Shown here piece by piece: positions 1 to 13,190 of a stretch of 64,000 nucleotides of DNA (positions within the stretch are counted from its first letter, which is position 1; the number at the start of each line of letters is the position of its first letter). Origin of the DNA: Mizuhopecten yessoensis (taxonomy: Eukaryota); NCBI RefSeq assembly GCF_002113885.1, contig NW_018408440.1, positions 1,458,016 through 1,522,015 on the forward strand. The letters are read 5' to 3'. The notes below the pieces were generated by a model that was not told where the DNA came from, searched no databases, and saw nothing but the letters and a program-made list of their open reading frames with translations. The position numbers and the translations under genes were made by a program.

Positions 1-605
1 TTTTTTTTATAGCATGAGTATGAAATAGTCTTACTTCTGATTTCTAACAGTAAAGTTTCCAAAAACAGTTGATCATTAATTACAAACATCAAGTCTTGCA
101 AAGAAACATCTTCAATATTGTCCATATTGTAAATTGGTACAGCATACTGTTTTTCAATGTTAACAATCAGAGATCTAATGGTATTTAAATATTCTGAATC
201 TTGAAGTAAAGAATTATTGAATTTCCATAACCCCCTCCCCTTTTGAAATTTGGTGAAGCTTAAACTTATAACTGACATGGAATGGTCTGAGCGATATCCT
301 GGCTCAATAGACGAAGCAGTTAAACTTGGGAGCAGTCCATCGGATATAAAAATGTAGTCTAATCTTGCCTGTTTACATGGATTTCTTCTACGCCAAGTGT
401 ATCTTCTTGTATCCGGGTTTAATTCTCTAAAAGTATCTATCATACCTAATTCTTGTTTAAGTCCTAAAACTTTATCTCTGGCCTTGGGGTTATTTATTTG
501 CCGATAATTATCACAGTCTAATTTCGGATCAATAACTAAGTTAAAATCCCCACATATAACAAACTGAAAATTTCCCAACTCTGTTAAAATATTTTCCACT
601 GAAGA
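1..605 (-). mobile_element. Tx1/L1-clade LINE ORF2 fragment (APE endonuclease), 5'-truncated, runs off the window start
   Basis: Minus-strand translation ...VICGDFNLVIDPKLD...RRYTWRRRNPCKQARLDYIFIS...GYRSDHS...GRGLWKFNNSLL..., containing the GDFN, YTW, RLDY, SDH and WKFN motifs of L1/Tx1 endonucleases; absent from the ORF track. Confidence 0.85.
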
Positions 606-3600
606 AGATAAACATGAAAGAGATATTAAGTACCTTCAAAAAAATATACCCACTCCCCCCAAATAGCAATGACACGGGAAAATGTGTTCTGCCATATTCA
701 TGATCATTTTAGATTACATGACAAAAAAAATCTTAAATTCATGTCCATTTTATAGGACACTTATGAAACTCGTTATTTTTTTCATTCTTGGTTTGCCAGA
801 GACTCACTTCAGTGAAAAAATGCATACATTCGTTTCATAAATCTCCCAGAGAATTGAGAATCTGTTTAAATAAAACATCGGACAATTCAAAACAAACCGA
901 CGGGTGTACTTTGGACTGAATACGCATGTCTAGTGTACTTAGGCGTCTCCATGATTTCTATTCACATACACGCTACCTGTTTATAAACATGGTCAAATAA
1001 ACAAGTTCTGATTGTCAAACAGCTGATAATACAAATACTTTTGGTATGTTTTGCATAAATTGACTAAATGTCATTTAAACTACAGTTTACCATATTGAAA
1101 CAAAAAATTCAGGTTGTGTTGACACAGAATTTTGATAACTTAGTACATGTATATATATAGAGTTGTCTTACAGTACACCAGTATTGGTAATCGTCAAAGT
1201 TATGACGCAGAGGAAATATTACCTTCTGAGGGACACTATACCTCTTCGTAGTTATATAGAAAATATTATATTTGACGTTCCAAATATACATAATAGTTTT
1301 CATTCATTGAGATGATCTACACAATATGGTTCGATAAAGAACTGACATGTGTATCAGGACAAGATTTGCCATCGCGATTTTTTTTTTTTCAATTTTCAGG
1401 AAACCATCATTAAATTCCAATTTTAACTGAAAATATGCCTGTTTGAAATAAATTTTCTATTTTCGTATATGTGGTTTTCAAATCTAAGCTTTTTCGTCAA
1501 AAATTACAGTGTCCTTTACGTATTGTAACTAAGGAAGAACTAAACAGTGAGCCATTGGTTAGAAACAAATCAATACGTCTAAATCTGAGTTATTATTGAC
1601 GTCACGAATAAATATCTACCTATACAAGTATGATTGTTTACTATTTGTACATGGCTAATAGCCCGATACACATAGAGCAGGTTGTGACACACCCAGGTAT
1701 AATTAGTATGGTTACACGACACTATAAAAAGGACCGCAATTGTTTCGATAAAAAATATATATTTCTGAATTCTAATTCGTTTGAGATGTAACACGACATT
1801 TGATTGGTTAATCAAAATAATTTGCAACAGTATAATCATGCACGATATACCGCAGCAAGTTTCAAAATACAGTAGGGTTATCCCCTAAATACAGTAGGGT
1901 TATCCCCTAATTACACCGACATATTCAATTAAACATTTTCACAAATAAGTTATTTCTGTTTATTTTTCATAAAAACAAACCTGTTAGATTTTTCGAGATT
2001 AATTTTTTGTTCATGAAAATAAATGTGAAGATGATTTATACTTTTGTATATATGTATATGATAATTCTGAGGGATACTTTTTTTATATTAAAACAACAAC
2101 AAACAAACAGGCCAAAAAACGTTGAGTGAAATATTGTAAGCGTTATAAAATCTATAAAATCTCCACAATTATCTATAATATCTAATTAGCTGTTTCTACT
2201 CCCCCCTGATCGGTGAGACATTACTGATGTGTACATTGGACCATAGTACAGAACCAATACAGCTGTATTGTACTCCGTATCGATTTCTATGTCAAGTATT
2301 AAGATCGAGTGGTATACAATTGAACACATACCTGTACAGGTAAATTACGATACTTCAATCTGATATACGCCGCTATTTGATTAGATAATTGGCTCGCGCA
2401 AGCACACCATGAGCTTAAACGTGTCAAATATCAAGTGTTTAAAATATCTAAAATATCTAAATTACAGTCTGAATTTAAATACATCAATATGACACAATTA
2501 GACAGGTTATTTAACTGTTTAATAAGCAATTATGACGCCATACTAAAAAGTATGAAGATTTCGTTCTGAATTACATATACTAATAGTATCACGTGCATGG
2601 TTTTATACTAATACGTCCCTGGATCAATCTATCCAAGGCAATCTTAGTGCATTTCCCCAGTAATTCAAGGTAAAGATTCATTCTTGTTCATGCCTCGAGT
2701 GTATGACTCAGAAATCTCAACAAGAGAGTAAGATTCCTGAATACCAAGGTTTCCGGAGGGTTTGACATCAAGGTTCTTATCCCGAAGTATACGATTTCTT
2801 GGTTACACCTCCAAAGTAGAAAATGACTACTATAGACCTCGCGGCTGAAACGTAAGGGTGACAATCTGTTAAGTGATGTCTTTTACATCACAATGAGTTA
2901 TAATCTCATTTCATTTTATAATATATAGTACTCGTTCTACCTTCATGTTGAGGTTGTATGATTGACTTTGAAGTTTTGTTATTTCCTAGAAATTTGGTTA
3001 GCTTAAGGCTTTATTTGTATTATTTCATAAACAACTAAATTGTGCTTCATAAGAGTCCGCTAAGTTACCTTAGGAAAAGCTTAAAGTTTCCCCCAACTTA
3101 TGACTATTTCATGAATTTGTAATTATCATGTATGGAATTGAATCTATTGCATATGTTTTCCGCCATTGTACAAGATCTTTGTAAAGTATTTATCAATATG
3201 TCTATTTCTGTACGCCTATATGCAATGTGCATTTGGTAATAAATTGAATTGAATTGTGAAGGGCATGCAGAAGGTCATATCAACCCGGTCACACGTCTCA
3301 GACTACTGTTTTTTTCTATAAGCTTAAGGCTCGCACTCATTTTGAGAAACTACTATGTCTTTTCAGTAATGGGACTTTCCACCATTCTGTAATACGACGC
3401 TTAGGACAAAAATCACTGTTAAAAGCCTACCTACACAGTAAGGTGATCTGCCATAGTCGGGACATACGGTAAAAGCTCAGGAAAAAGGAATAACACACAG
3501 CTGAGTGGAAAAGACAAGATGTAGGCTATTTCAGGAATTATGTGAAAGTAATTATTTTGTAGGTTATTTTTCTTTTTGTTTTAATCATTCCCTTAATCTC

Positions 3601-3651
3601 TTCCCAGGCTACCGAACGGTGGCTGATTGAAGACACGTACATAAATATTTT

Positions 3652-3755
3652 CATCTCGTTATAACGAGATAGCATTTCGTTATAACGACTTAGTATCTAT
3701 GTACAACGAGATAGTTATCCTGTTATAACGATATGCTTCCTCGTTATAAAGAGAT
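3652..3755. repeat. Short array of palindromic TCGTTATAACGA units (MITE-like remnant)
   Basis: About 5 imperfect copies of (C)TCGTTATAACGA(G). Confidence 0.5.
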
Positions 3756-4252
3756 TTAAATAATATTTGAGGGCCATTCAGCTACCGTATAGTAAGGTGT
3801 TACCTCAATCTATAAATATTGATTACCCACATATTGTAAATCAATTTAAATAGGTTTGAATACACCACTACTCTTTTGCTATCTAAGCTTGATAGTCATG
3901 TGCAAATATTGTTCAACAAAACACAACAGTTACTGACGTATGTGTTACACATTATGTTACGTGTATATACATGTGTGTAGTTACGATCGTGCGGGAGAAC
4001 CTATCCGTTCACCAGCACTAGTTCCTGTATAACAATATTATATAAACTCTATATACACAGAACTTCTCCCACCAGACAACGTATCATCCTTCATATATAA
4101 CATTGGGAATGTTTAATCTTGTAGGTCATTTTACAATTTATATATAAATATATATAATTATAGTGGTAGAGTTTATCTGTCAATCAGCGGTCACTCTTCC
4201 ACTCTTATCTCCTTTCCCTCTGACATTTCCCGCGTTCGCTGCACGAGACAAG

Positions 4253-4830
4253 ATGTCGGCCCTCCTCGTGGTATGTATTTCCCTGTGTGTGGCTGTCCCG
4301 GCCGTTCATGGAAGTATCAACTCTGTCATGAGCCGGCTGTCGGACCGGATATTCCTGGACCAGAATACCCGGGATAGTCCAGGACATCCGCCTTTCTCTT
4401 GGAGCCACAATAAAGGACTCTACGGCACTGAGGTAAAACTAAACTTCCACGGGGAGCCGGAAATGGCGGTACTCCGGGAGGCGTTCTCGATTTATGACAA
4501 TAACATGTTTGCGACGGCCTGGATCACGGCGTGCTCACTTGAGACCACACTGTACGGGACGGGACCCATGACTATTCCCCTTATGATCGATTCCGCCGTG
4601 GAAGCAATCGGGAACTTCCACAACCGGAACTACAACTTCACCAACTCCATCATGACCTTCTGGCCCCAGGTTTACAACGCCACGACTCGGACATTCCAGA
4701 GTACTCCCTCTAACCTGCTGCAGCTATTACAACTCGCGGACACCTTCCCTGTTAAACTGATCGAAGACCTCATGAAGATATTTGGCCTGAAGGACATGGA
4801 GCAAGTCGTTGAGCATCTCATCCAAGAAAA
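4253..4830 (+). CDS. Secreted DxDD protein exon 1
   Basis: ATG 4253, signal peptide, donor AA|GTAGCT, phase 2. Confidence 0.85.
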
Positions 4831-7800
4831 GTAGCTATATAGGTTGGCATCGATATGAGGGGTAACATTTATCATTATTACCCGACTCTCTATTTAAGTG
4901 TATATGAAGTATTTTTGACTGTTTTAATAAAAATTCCCTGGAATAGACTGAAAACCCGTAAAATAATGTCAGGGTGCAACAGTCGACTGTCCGACTGTTG
5001 CACACTTACTGTTGCATGCGCGACAATTGTGCGCAGACAATTTCCCCGTCGGCGGCCCCACTCAAGCGTCTTTTTGATACAGATTTGTTTGTTGTCGTCT
5101 GGTGAAAATGGCGAATAACGGCAGATTTGAGGATGTTTCTGAGCAAGATTTGGAATTGCTTATGGAAAATAGGGACTCTCTTAGTACACAATTTTGGATA
5201 AATATTGTGCAGAGAAAGGTGTAATGATCGACGAAAGCTGCAGTAATGAAGAACTGAACGACTTTTTGTGTAGATTTTACGTAGAATTAAATCTTCTATC
5301 CTGTCATACAGTCATTTATCCTACCTAGCACAATTCAGGAAGTTTCTTAAATAGAGAGTCAGGTAATAAATCATTTGCCGGTTTCATTGGTACTGGGGGA
5401 ACAGTCAAATCCTTGACCCTCGGTAGCTACCTCGGGTCAATGATTTGACTGTTCCCCCAGTGCCAATGAAACAATTGTATACTGCATCGATTTGAGGGGT
5501 AACATTTATCACTGTTTTATTATTTCTGCTCTGAAGTCTCTATCGTCTTCCAAATTATCTGCTCTTGATTCTTACGTCATTTGTTTGTGTGAGTGACGTC
5601 ATCAATTTTTGAGAAAACGACGTAATTATCTCACACAAACTTATGACCTATATCAATCAATACCTGCTCACAAGAGAAGATAACTCTGCAATACGCAAAG
5701 ACGGGATATAGTATTTTCAATACTTTTTATTGTGACGTCATTTTGTGACGTTTTAAGAGGACACCTCAAAGTATTCAAATAATTGCCACCTGGAAGCAAT
5801 TTCATACGTTTATATGCCATTTTAGGCGGTTTTTATTTTCATAAAAATGAATGAATCAATCAAAATCATCGTTCAGTTAAAATTAATTTATATATATATA
5901 TATATTCCTTTATACTGGAATAGACTACCGTTACAACTTTGAGACCATACAAATTATGACGGCAACGATTAATAGGGTCATGGCATTCATAGCTCATACA
6001 AATGCTATCTGTATTTGGCAGGGTTATATTGTGACACTGTCATACAGAGGTAGATATTGGGTAATGACGCTTTTCAAGATCTGATGAATCTACGACAAAT
6101 ATTATCATGATGCAAATTTTGTTTCATCAATCCTACCAATTTTATCAGACACTTTCCTGTTACGTTCTCGAGTTCTTGAAATCGTTCAGTGACAAAGTTT
6201 CCAGGTACTTTTTAAATGGTCTAAACTTTAAAGTACATTTATGAAGCATATATTAGAAGGACCGTTACCAGAACACATTATACAGTAATAATTGGCACTT
6301 TCAGGGACATGTTTTCCCGCGCTTTCCATATCCCTCCTGACTTTGACGACACCTTTGTGAACCTTGGATTGGGAGCCCTGCTCAGAAATGCACAGGAATC
6401 ATATCCACAGTCATGGAAACAATGGCAGATACAAAACTCTAATGTGACATCAGCACTGCACGCGCTCCGGAAGTACGCCTATAGGCCGTCCTCAACTAAC
6501 CCGGATGTGAACACAATCGACCCGAGAACTTATTTTTACATGAGATCCTTTCTAAGCGAGCATCATGACGAAAATCTCGCGTTGGTGCCCACATGGGTAG
6601 GTACAGAGTTACTATTCCGTCTTTGCGTATTGCAGAGTTATCTTCTCTTGGGAGCAGGTATTGATTGTTACGTCATTGGTTTGTGGGAGAAAATTACGTC
6701 GTTTTCTCAAAAATTGATGACTTTACCCTCACAAACAAGTGACGTAACAATCAATACCGGCTCCCAAGAGAAGATAACTCTGCAATATGCAAAGACGGAA
6801 TATGGTAGTTGAGGGTAGAGGATCTCATTAGATAGTTGACAAGGTGAAGGCATCAGTTATTCTGCTGAAAAGAAACCATTGTATGGTGTATATTGTGTTG
6901 ATGTGAGGTAGTTGTTCATCAATAGAAACAACAAGCAACAATTAGGCGATGAACAGTTACACCATCAAAAATCACTTGGAACATTCATGAGGTCCTCATG
7001 TTCTATCTGAAACACATATCAAGGCCCAATAACCACATGCTTTCAATAAATAAATAAATATGGATTTGTGATACAATTCCGAGCATGTTTCGTAGTCTTG
7101 CGTGTTTTACCTTGCGTTCTCCATTAATATGTTGTCAACATTGTTTAAATCTCTGGTTCAAGTTGTCATGTTTTTTGTTGTTGTTTATGCTGTGGTGCTT
7201 TGTTACCCTTCTTTGTTGATATTTGATTATTGACAACACGTGTGTCCACAGATCCAGAATACGCGCGAGGCTATGCAGGGTGACAAAAAGGGCGTGTCAA
7301 TGCCTTTTTCCGTCAACAATGTTGACGTCACTGTTGCTGCCAACGCCATTTATGGTTTAACATCCGGGCTCCTGTCGAACATCATCGATGACGTCGAGTT
7401 TGACGCCGACCTACAGGTTTGTGATTGACTCCACCATTAAATTGTGTGATTTGCTTACCATGCAATCTTATCGTGGTTACATAAAGATGGCAATCGATAC
7501 TGATTACTGCATTTGATGTAACGGACGTATCGTTGTTAGGTAATTCGTCCGTCTCGCCGATACCCTGCTTTATACTGTATTATGTTTATGCGTTTCATTC
7601 TGGTACATGTTATATGCTACACTGCTGTAGATAACCTTATTCATATATAGAACACACGAACATTTTAAACAGAGAACATAATGCATATGTCTCTTAATGA
7701 TATATGATTTTATTTATTATATAACGGAATATCTCGTCCTTTACTGATGTACGTAAATGATCCACAGAGAATATACCTGAACACATCGTCACTTATCGCC

Positions 7801-10211
7801 CACGAGCTGTCATACAACTTTTCCTCGAGGCCTGATCTTGCCCTCACGTATTATCCGTCCAAACATGAATGCTACTGGTTCGTGGCTCGAACCTTATCGC
7901 TAATGCAAAGATATCTTCTTAACAACAACGAGACCGACACACTTCCGTTTCCGGTAAGTAATACCAGTATACATGTACATACTTTATCCCGTTTAGTTAA
8001 TTTAGTTTTTCCCCACAAATTTTCATTATTTCTCATAGTCAACTTGCCGAAATTAGAATTCAAAATATCAACATAATCTGGCGTTAATCAAGAGTAAAAT
8101 CTTCATGTCGACTTAAGGTGATGAACACGGTCAAACTCGCGTTTGAGAATACTCTGAAACGGGAAGTAACTCCAGAGATCCTAAAGGCTTCAAAGGATGA
8201 TTTTGAAGGTCGGATATACTGGGACAATTTCCTGGGGGACGGGGACATCAACTCTGACAACTCGTCTGTGGTAAGTTTGTGTCGTATACTAGGTCGTTTA
8301 CCTTGACAATGTTCAATGTGTTAGGAGTTCTTGTGTTAACTTTTAAATGAGTTAAAGTTAATTTTGTGAGGCATTAGTTCAAAATAATAACTTTAACCTT
8401 GTGCAACAAGATATAAGCATGTTAACACTGACCCTTTGCCATTTTTGTGATATCTCATTACGTTACCTTTGACATTACGTGTCATCACTATAAACCTTGA
8501 CATTGTCTGTCCTAAGGTCCGTGCCGAGGACCGAATTTTCACCACTGCCATGGTGGTCAATACCTTAATTGACGTATGGACCGTGTACAACCAATCAGCA
8601 TTCAGGCTGGAATGGTTACCAGGTAACCAACCACTCCCAGCTATAATAGCTCATTTGTTATGACATGAACATCTATATGGTTCCCGACACTCTTGCATTA
8701 TATATATATTTATAGTATAAAAAAAATGTTTTGCACCTAATTGTTAAATCATAGACAGTCTTCTCCACATAACGTTAAATAACTAATTAATATAACTAAT
8801 AACTATATGACTTTTTCTTCCAACTTATCGATGCACGTGACAAGGTTTGACTTTTGTTGCTAGGTGTCTCTCCCCAACTTAACGACACAATCAAACGAGC
8901 GGTGGCCTGGCTCACTGACTTCTCCCTCGGCCCTACGTACAAACCCTGGAACACGTTCTTCTCTGGCTCTGGCAAGGGATTAAAGGTTAGTCATCTATTG
9001 AAGGTTAATATTCAGGGTCATTATCCTACTTCAACGGTAAGCAATCTAAAGGGAGTAGGATGTAAGAAGATAATTAACTTGCTCTGTATTGATAGAATGC
9101 ACGAGGTTTCACTTCGTTTCAACATCTCACTCATTTAAAATGACTTCACTGGTAATGGGGGCCTTTTTTGGAATCGTCGGCACTTTCCGAAAACTAGAAA
9201 ACAAAATTTCTCGTTTACGAAAAGTGCCGACGGTTCTCGATAAATAACTTATCGTCAATTATTGTATGAAGGAAAGATAACCCCTGTCTAATTCCGTGCT
9301 TATGTTAATCTCTTGTTTCCAAGTCAGTCTTAGTAATTCACATTTAGTAGTCTTCCCGTTGTCAACTGTGATCTAAGTGTATTGCGCAGGCGCAAGCTCC
9401 AAATTGTAGCATATCTCATAGGTATCTCATAGGTAAGACATCAATGAAACGTCTAAGGCTTGTAATGATGTTTTGTATCATCATTTCGTTAATTGGTTGA
9501 TGTAAGAGGTATCTAACATTATATTGTATCAGGATGTCTCGACTGGAACAGCCACATAAGTATGTATACCTATTGTTATAGTTAATTAAAAGGACGAATA
9601 AAACTTGTATGCATGATCTTTCTAGTGCACGTTTAGCCTAATTCTTAAAACTATTTAAAATTTGGGCGTTAAACACTTCTGCTGATAGCTTAACACGCGG
9701 ACTGGGATCGATTGATTCGGTATCAAGCACAGGAATATAAAGAAATTACTTCGTAAATAACAATATTTCAACATAAAACTGTCCGACATTTGAAGTTGAT
9801 CGAGTGTCCTCGGATCACAAATATGATTACACTAGATTTGACCATAAAAACAGCGAAATTAGTCTCTTATTTTTGCATTGATAAATAACAATGTTGTTTC
9901 ACGTATTTTTGCAGAGCCTGCCGTTTTGGTACCCTGCCAACAGAATCGAGTACATGAACGGAACCGCAGTAAACTCCTCAGTTATCCCCCATGGCGTCAA
10001 CTTTCTCATAGGGATTTCAGGCTACGTGCCCGATGAGAAGTACAACGCCATGTTGAAGGTGCCCCATTTCGGAGTTATGACGCCCACGGACTTTCCTGGA
10101 TTCAATGACCCTACGGAACCTCACGGGTTTTTCCCGTTCTGGTCGTCGGATTCTTATACATATTCTGCCACTTTGATGGCGCTGTCTAAATATACTAATA
10201 TAAAGCAATGA
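4253..10211 (+). CDS. Uncharacterised secreted glycoprotein, 632 aa, 8 exons; candidate class II terpene cyclase / prenyltransferase-like (alpha/alpha) barrel
   Basis: join(4253..4830,6305..6596,7252..7416,7768..7953,8118..8270,8517..8622,8864..8985,9915..10211) = 1899 nt; all introns GT-AG and phases consistent; N-terminal signal peptide MSALLVVCISLCVAVPAVHG; at least 10 N-x-S/T sequons; DxDD motif. Gene structure is well supported; function is inference. Confidence 0.88.
4890..5480 (+). mobile_element. Non-autonomous Crypton-like (tyrosine recombinase/DUF3504 N-terminus) remnant with terminal hairpin
   Basis: 5108: MANNGRFEDVSEQDLELLMENRDSLST, then after a frameshift KYCAE...NEELNDFLCRFYVEL, resembling Crypton/DUF3504-family N-termini; ~92-nt hairpin at 5381-5472. 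Confidence 0.5.
5555..5708 (-). mobile_element. Partial MITE, inverted copy of 6613-6802
   Basis: Shares the TIR AAGAGAAGATAACTCTGCAATACGCAAAGACGG and, in opposite orientation, the internal CATCAATTTTTGAGAAAACGACGTAATT. Confidence 0.75.
6305..6596 (+). CDS. Secreted DxDD protein exon 2 (PPDFDDT motif)
   Basis: TTTCAG| acceptor, TGG|GTAGGT donor. Confidence 0.88.
6613..6802. mobile_element. ~190-bp MITE with ~43-bp or longer TIRs
   Basis: TATTCCGTCTTTGCGTATTGCAGAGTTATCTTCTCTTGGGAGC ... GCTCCCAAGAGAAGATAACTCTGCAATATGCAAAGACGGAATA. Confidence 0.85.
7252..7416 (+). CDS. Secreted DxDD protein exon 3 (NNVDVTVAAN)
   Basis: CCACAG| ... CAG|GTTTGT, phase 0-0. Confidence 0.88.
7768..7953 (+). CDS. 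Secreted DxDD protein exon 4 (YYPS)
   Basis: CCACAG| ... CCG|GTAAGT. Confidence 0.88.
8118..8270 (+). CDS. Secreted DxDD protein exon 5
   Basis: TTAAG| ... GTG|GTAAGT. Confidence 0.85.
8517..8622 (+). CDS. Secreted DxDD protein exon 6
   Basis: CCTAAG| ... CAG|GTAACC, phase 0-1. Confidence 0.85.
8864..8985 (+). CDS. Secreted DxDD protein exon 7
   Basis: TGCTAG| ... AAG|GTTAGT, phase 1-0. Confidence 0.85.
9915..10211 (+). CDS. Secreted DxDD protein exon 8 (terminal)
   Basis: TTGCAG| ... TGA 10209-10211. Confidence 0.88.
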   Translation, partial: SLPFWYPANRIEYMNGTAVNSSVIPHGVNFLIGISGYVPDEKYNAMLKVPHFGVMTPTDFPGFNDPTEPHGFFPFWSSDSYTYSATLMALSKYTNIKQ

Positions 10212-10327
10212 TTGTAAAATTCATGGTTGAAATAGTTTTTTGATCAATATTTTTGCTTTCCTTAACAAATCTGAATTGCCTGCTGACGGATTTCAGCAAA
10301 ATTCAGAAATGAGTTTCTGAGACCATG

Positions 10328-11721
10328 TTTTTAGCTCACCGGGTCCGAAGGACCAAGGTGAGCTTATGCCATACCTTGGCGTCCTTCGTCCCTCCGTCGT
10401 CTGTCGTCCGTACGTCAACAATTTTTACAAACGACTTTTTCTTAACCACTGATTGGAATTTAACTAAATTTGACTGGAAGCATCCTTAGGTGCTGGGGAT
10501 TCAAAATTGTACAAATAGTGGGACTAACCCCCCCCAGGGGGCTGAGGGGCAGGGTCAAAAGGGGACAATTTTTCAAATTTGCTATAGACAACTTCTTCTG
10601 TAGAACTATGCCATGGATATCAATTATATTTGGTTGTAAGCATTCATGGGAGGCGGGGATTCAAAACTATATAAATGGTGGGGCTGACCCCCCGGGCTAA
10701 GTGGTGGGACCAAAAAAGTTTATTGCTTGGAAATGGTTGAGATCCCCACCGTACAACCATATATACAATTGCTGAATATAAAGAGAAGAATGTACATTTG
10801 CTTCCAGGATGGACCGGAGATCTGGCCCCACCCTTGGAGGCATAGTCCTTGAGTCATACCTTGGAAACGGTGGAGATCCCCACCGTACAACAATATATAC
10901 AATTGCCGAGTATAAAGAGAAGAATGTACATTTGCTTCCAGGATGGCCCTGAGGTCTAACCCCACCCTTTGAGACATAGTCCCTGGATCATACCTTGGAC
11001 ACGGTTGAGATCCCCGACCAAAACTGTATATACTAATGCTGGGCATAAAGAGACGAATGCAGTCATGATATTAGAATAGACCCTGGGGTCTGACCGAACC
11101 CCAATGGACCTAGTTTCTGAGTCACAGCTTGAAAACAGTTGAGATCCCCACCCAATAACCATATATACAATTGCTAAGTATAAAGAGATGAAAGCACATA
11201 CGCTTCGAGGATGGCCCCGGGTTCTGCTCCAACCCTTGGAGACTTAACCCCTGGGTCTTAACTTTGAAACGGTTAAGATCTCCACCCCAAATATAGATAT
11301 ACAATTGTTGGGCATAAAGAGACGATTGTAGTCATGATATTAGAATTGACCCCAGTGTCTACCCCATCCTTGCATACTTAACCCCTGTGTCATAACTTTG
11401 AAACGGTTGAGATCCCCACACCAAAACTATATATACAAATGCTGGGCATAAAGAGACGAATGCAGTCACGATATTAGAATTGTCCCTGGGGTCTGGTCAC
11501 AACCATAGGGACCTAGTTTCTGAATCACAGCTTGGAAACAGTTGAGATTCCCACCCCATAACCACACATAGAATTGCTGGGCATGACAAATCTAATACAG
11601 ATATGCTACAAAGATTGGCCTTGGGGTCTGGCCTATTCCCTTGGATCACATTTGGAGAATATTTTGTCATGCTTGCTTAGATATCCAGGTGATCGATACA
11701 GGCCCTCTGGGCCTCTTGTTT
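10328..11721 (+). mobile_element. Non-autonomous Helentron-type (HINE/DINE-like) element with internal tandem repeats
   Basis: 5' TTTTTAGCTCACC...GGTGAGCT inverted pair, (CGTC)n microsatellite, internal degenerate tandem units, 3' CAGGTGATCGA followed by hairpin AGGCCCTCTGGGCCT and CTTGTTT. Confidence 0.8.
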
Positions 11722-13190
11722 ACTTCATTGTGCCGCTCAGAACGAGTATTTTCTCGTTTACGGAAAGTGCCGACGGTTCCCCGATGGATTGTAATATTGC
11801 TTGGACAGATAAACAGGTTAAAGTAGTTTGAATGGAGGTACGATTAATGGCATTTGCAGATTTTTTTTTTTTTTTTTTAATAAGACATATAATTTTCAAT
11901 CATATCCGGCTATCGAGTAAGTTACGTGTATGTTTTCTTTACATGATACAAATGAATTTCTACATAATAATCGCTTGAAAGACTAGAAGCAATCACGTCT
12001 TCAGGATGGAAATGGAAGCAAGTTAAAACTATGTCACATCACAACAAACAAAAACATATATATGTATAGGTATATATAAGCGACAAGTATGTTTTCTGTT
12101 ACCCTCAGCATGCCATTTGGGGTCAACGTCAACATGCTTTATTATAGAAATGAATCAACCAGATCTAGAATGGACAGAAGTTGTTGTAACACAACAATAG
12201 CGCTTTGCACAATACATTTACATAAAGTGAGAAACGTTATGATGTGGACAACAAGACATTTTATTTAACTTGGACAGTTGCATGTATGTACGAAAAAATG
12301 TAATTTGCTGTGATATTACCTAAACCTGTCTGCTGATTTGATGTAACTCTGCACATTTCTAGAAATTGAAGTGTTTATTTTTGTCGACATATTTTCATTT
12401 TTCAAGAACATTTAATTTGTGCCAATGACAACATCCAAATTAAAAGCAGCAATGTTTGACCGGAGATTACTTCTTTAACATGGTAACGTGGACATATGCT
12501 AAAGCAGATATAGACTTTCTCCCGTGGACTTTCACATCTAAATTCATTATTCACAAAGTTGACTCTGTAAAAGTCATAAGTTAAATAATTAAGTTTCTTG
12601 TTACAAGATTTACGTCATCACCGACGCTGTGGTAACATAAATCCACCGTTCTACCTCATAGTCACAAATGGCGCGATAGAAAGAACTCGCAATTCACCAG
12701 TCGAACGGTACAAAATGTACAACACAAACCATTTGATTGAATATTCGGACAATATCTCAATTTTGACCAGTCTAAAATCTGTTTAAAACGACCGTTTTGT
12801 TAACCAAGTAAATGGAAGCTGTTGAACATTTTGTTACAGCAAAATACTGACCTTTAAACCAAATTTGTTTAAATATCGGACAATATGCTACAGCTGCCAC
12901 GCTCCCGTAAACGTCAACTTTGGGTTTTTTCACATTGGGGAAAGTGTCTCTTAAAGACTTTTCTTTCACAAGGTTTCGTTAAAAATTACAAAACATCAGC
13001 CAATCAGAAATGCCGTGGCGGCCATGTCTGATGTTCGATCGGAAAAAGAAATGCGGTGTGAACCTTATTGCCCATTATATGTGACGCTTAATATCCGGCA
13101 AGTAGTCTCCGAGGAATCGTTTAGAAATATTTTGGCGGTAGAAGTATCAGTTAAGTAGTCTCAGAGGAATCGTCCGAAAATGCTTTTGGC

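Noticed and set aside
4163-4252. N-terminal extension of the first ORF from a GTG start
   Set aside because: This is a eukaryotic gene; ATG 4253 directly precedes a signal peptide.
6081-6130. Hammerhead ribozyme cores (CTGATGA here and at ~51340)
   Set aside because: No correctly placed GAAA or supporting stems.
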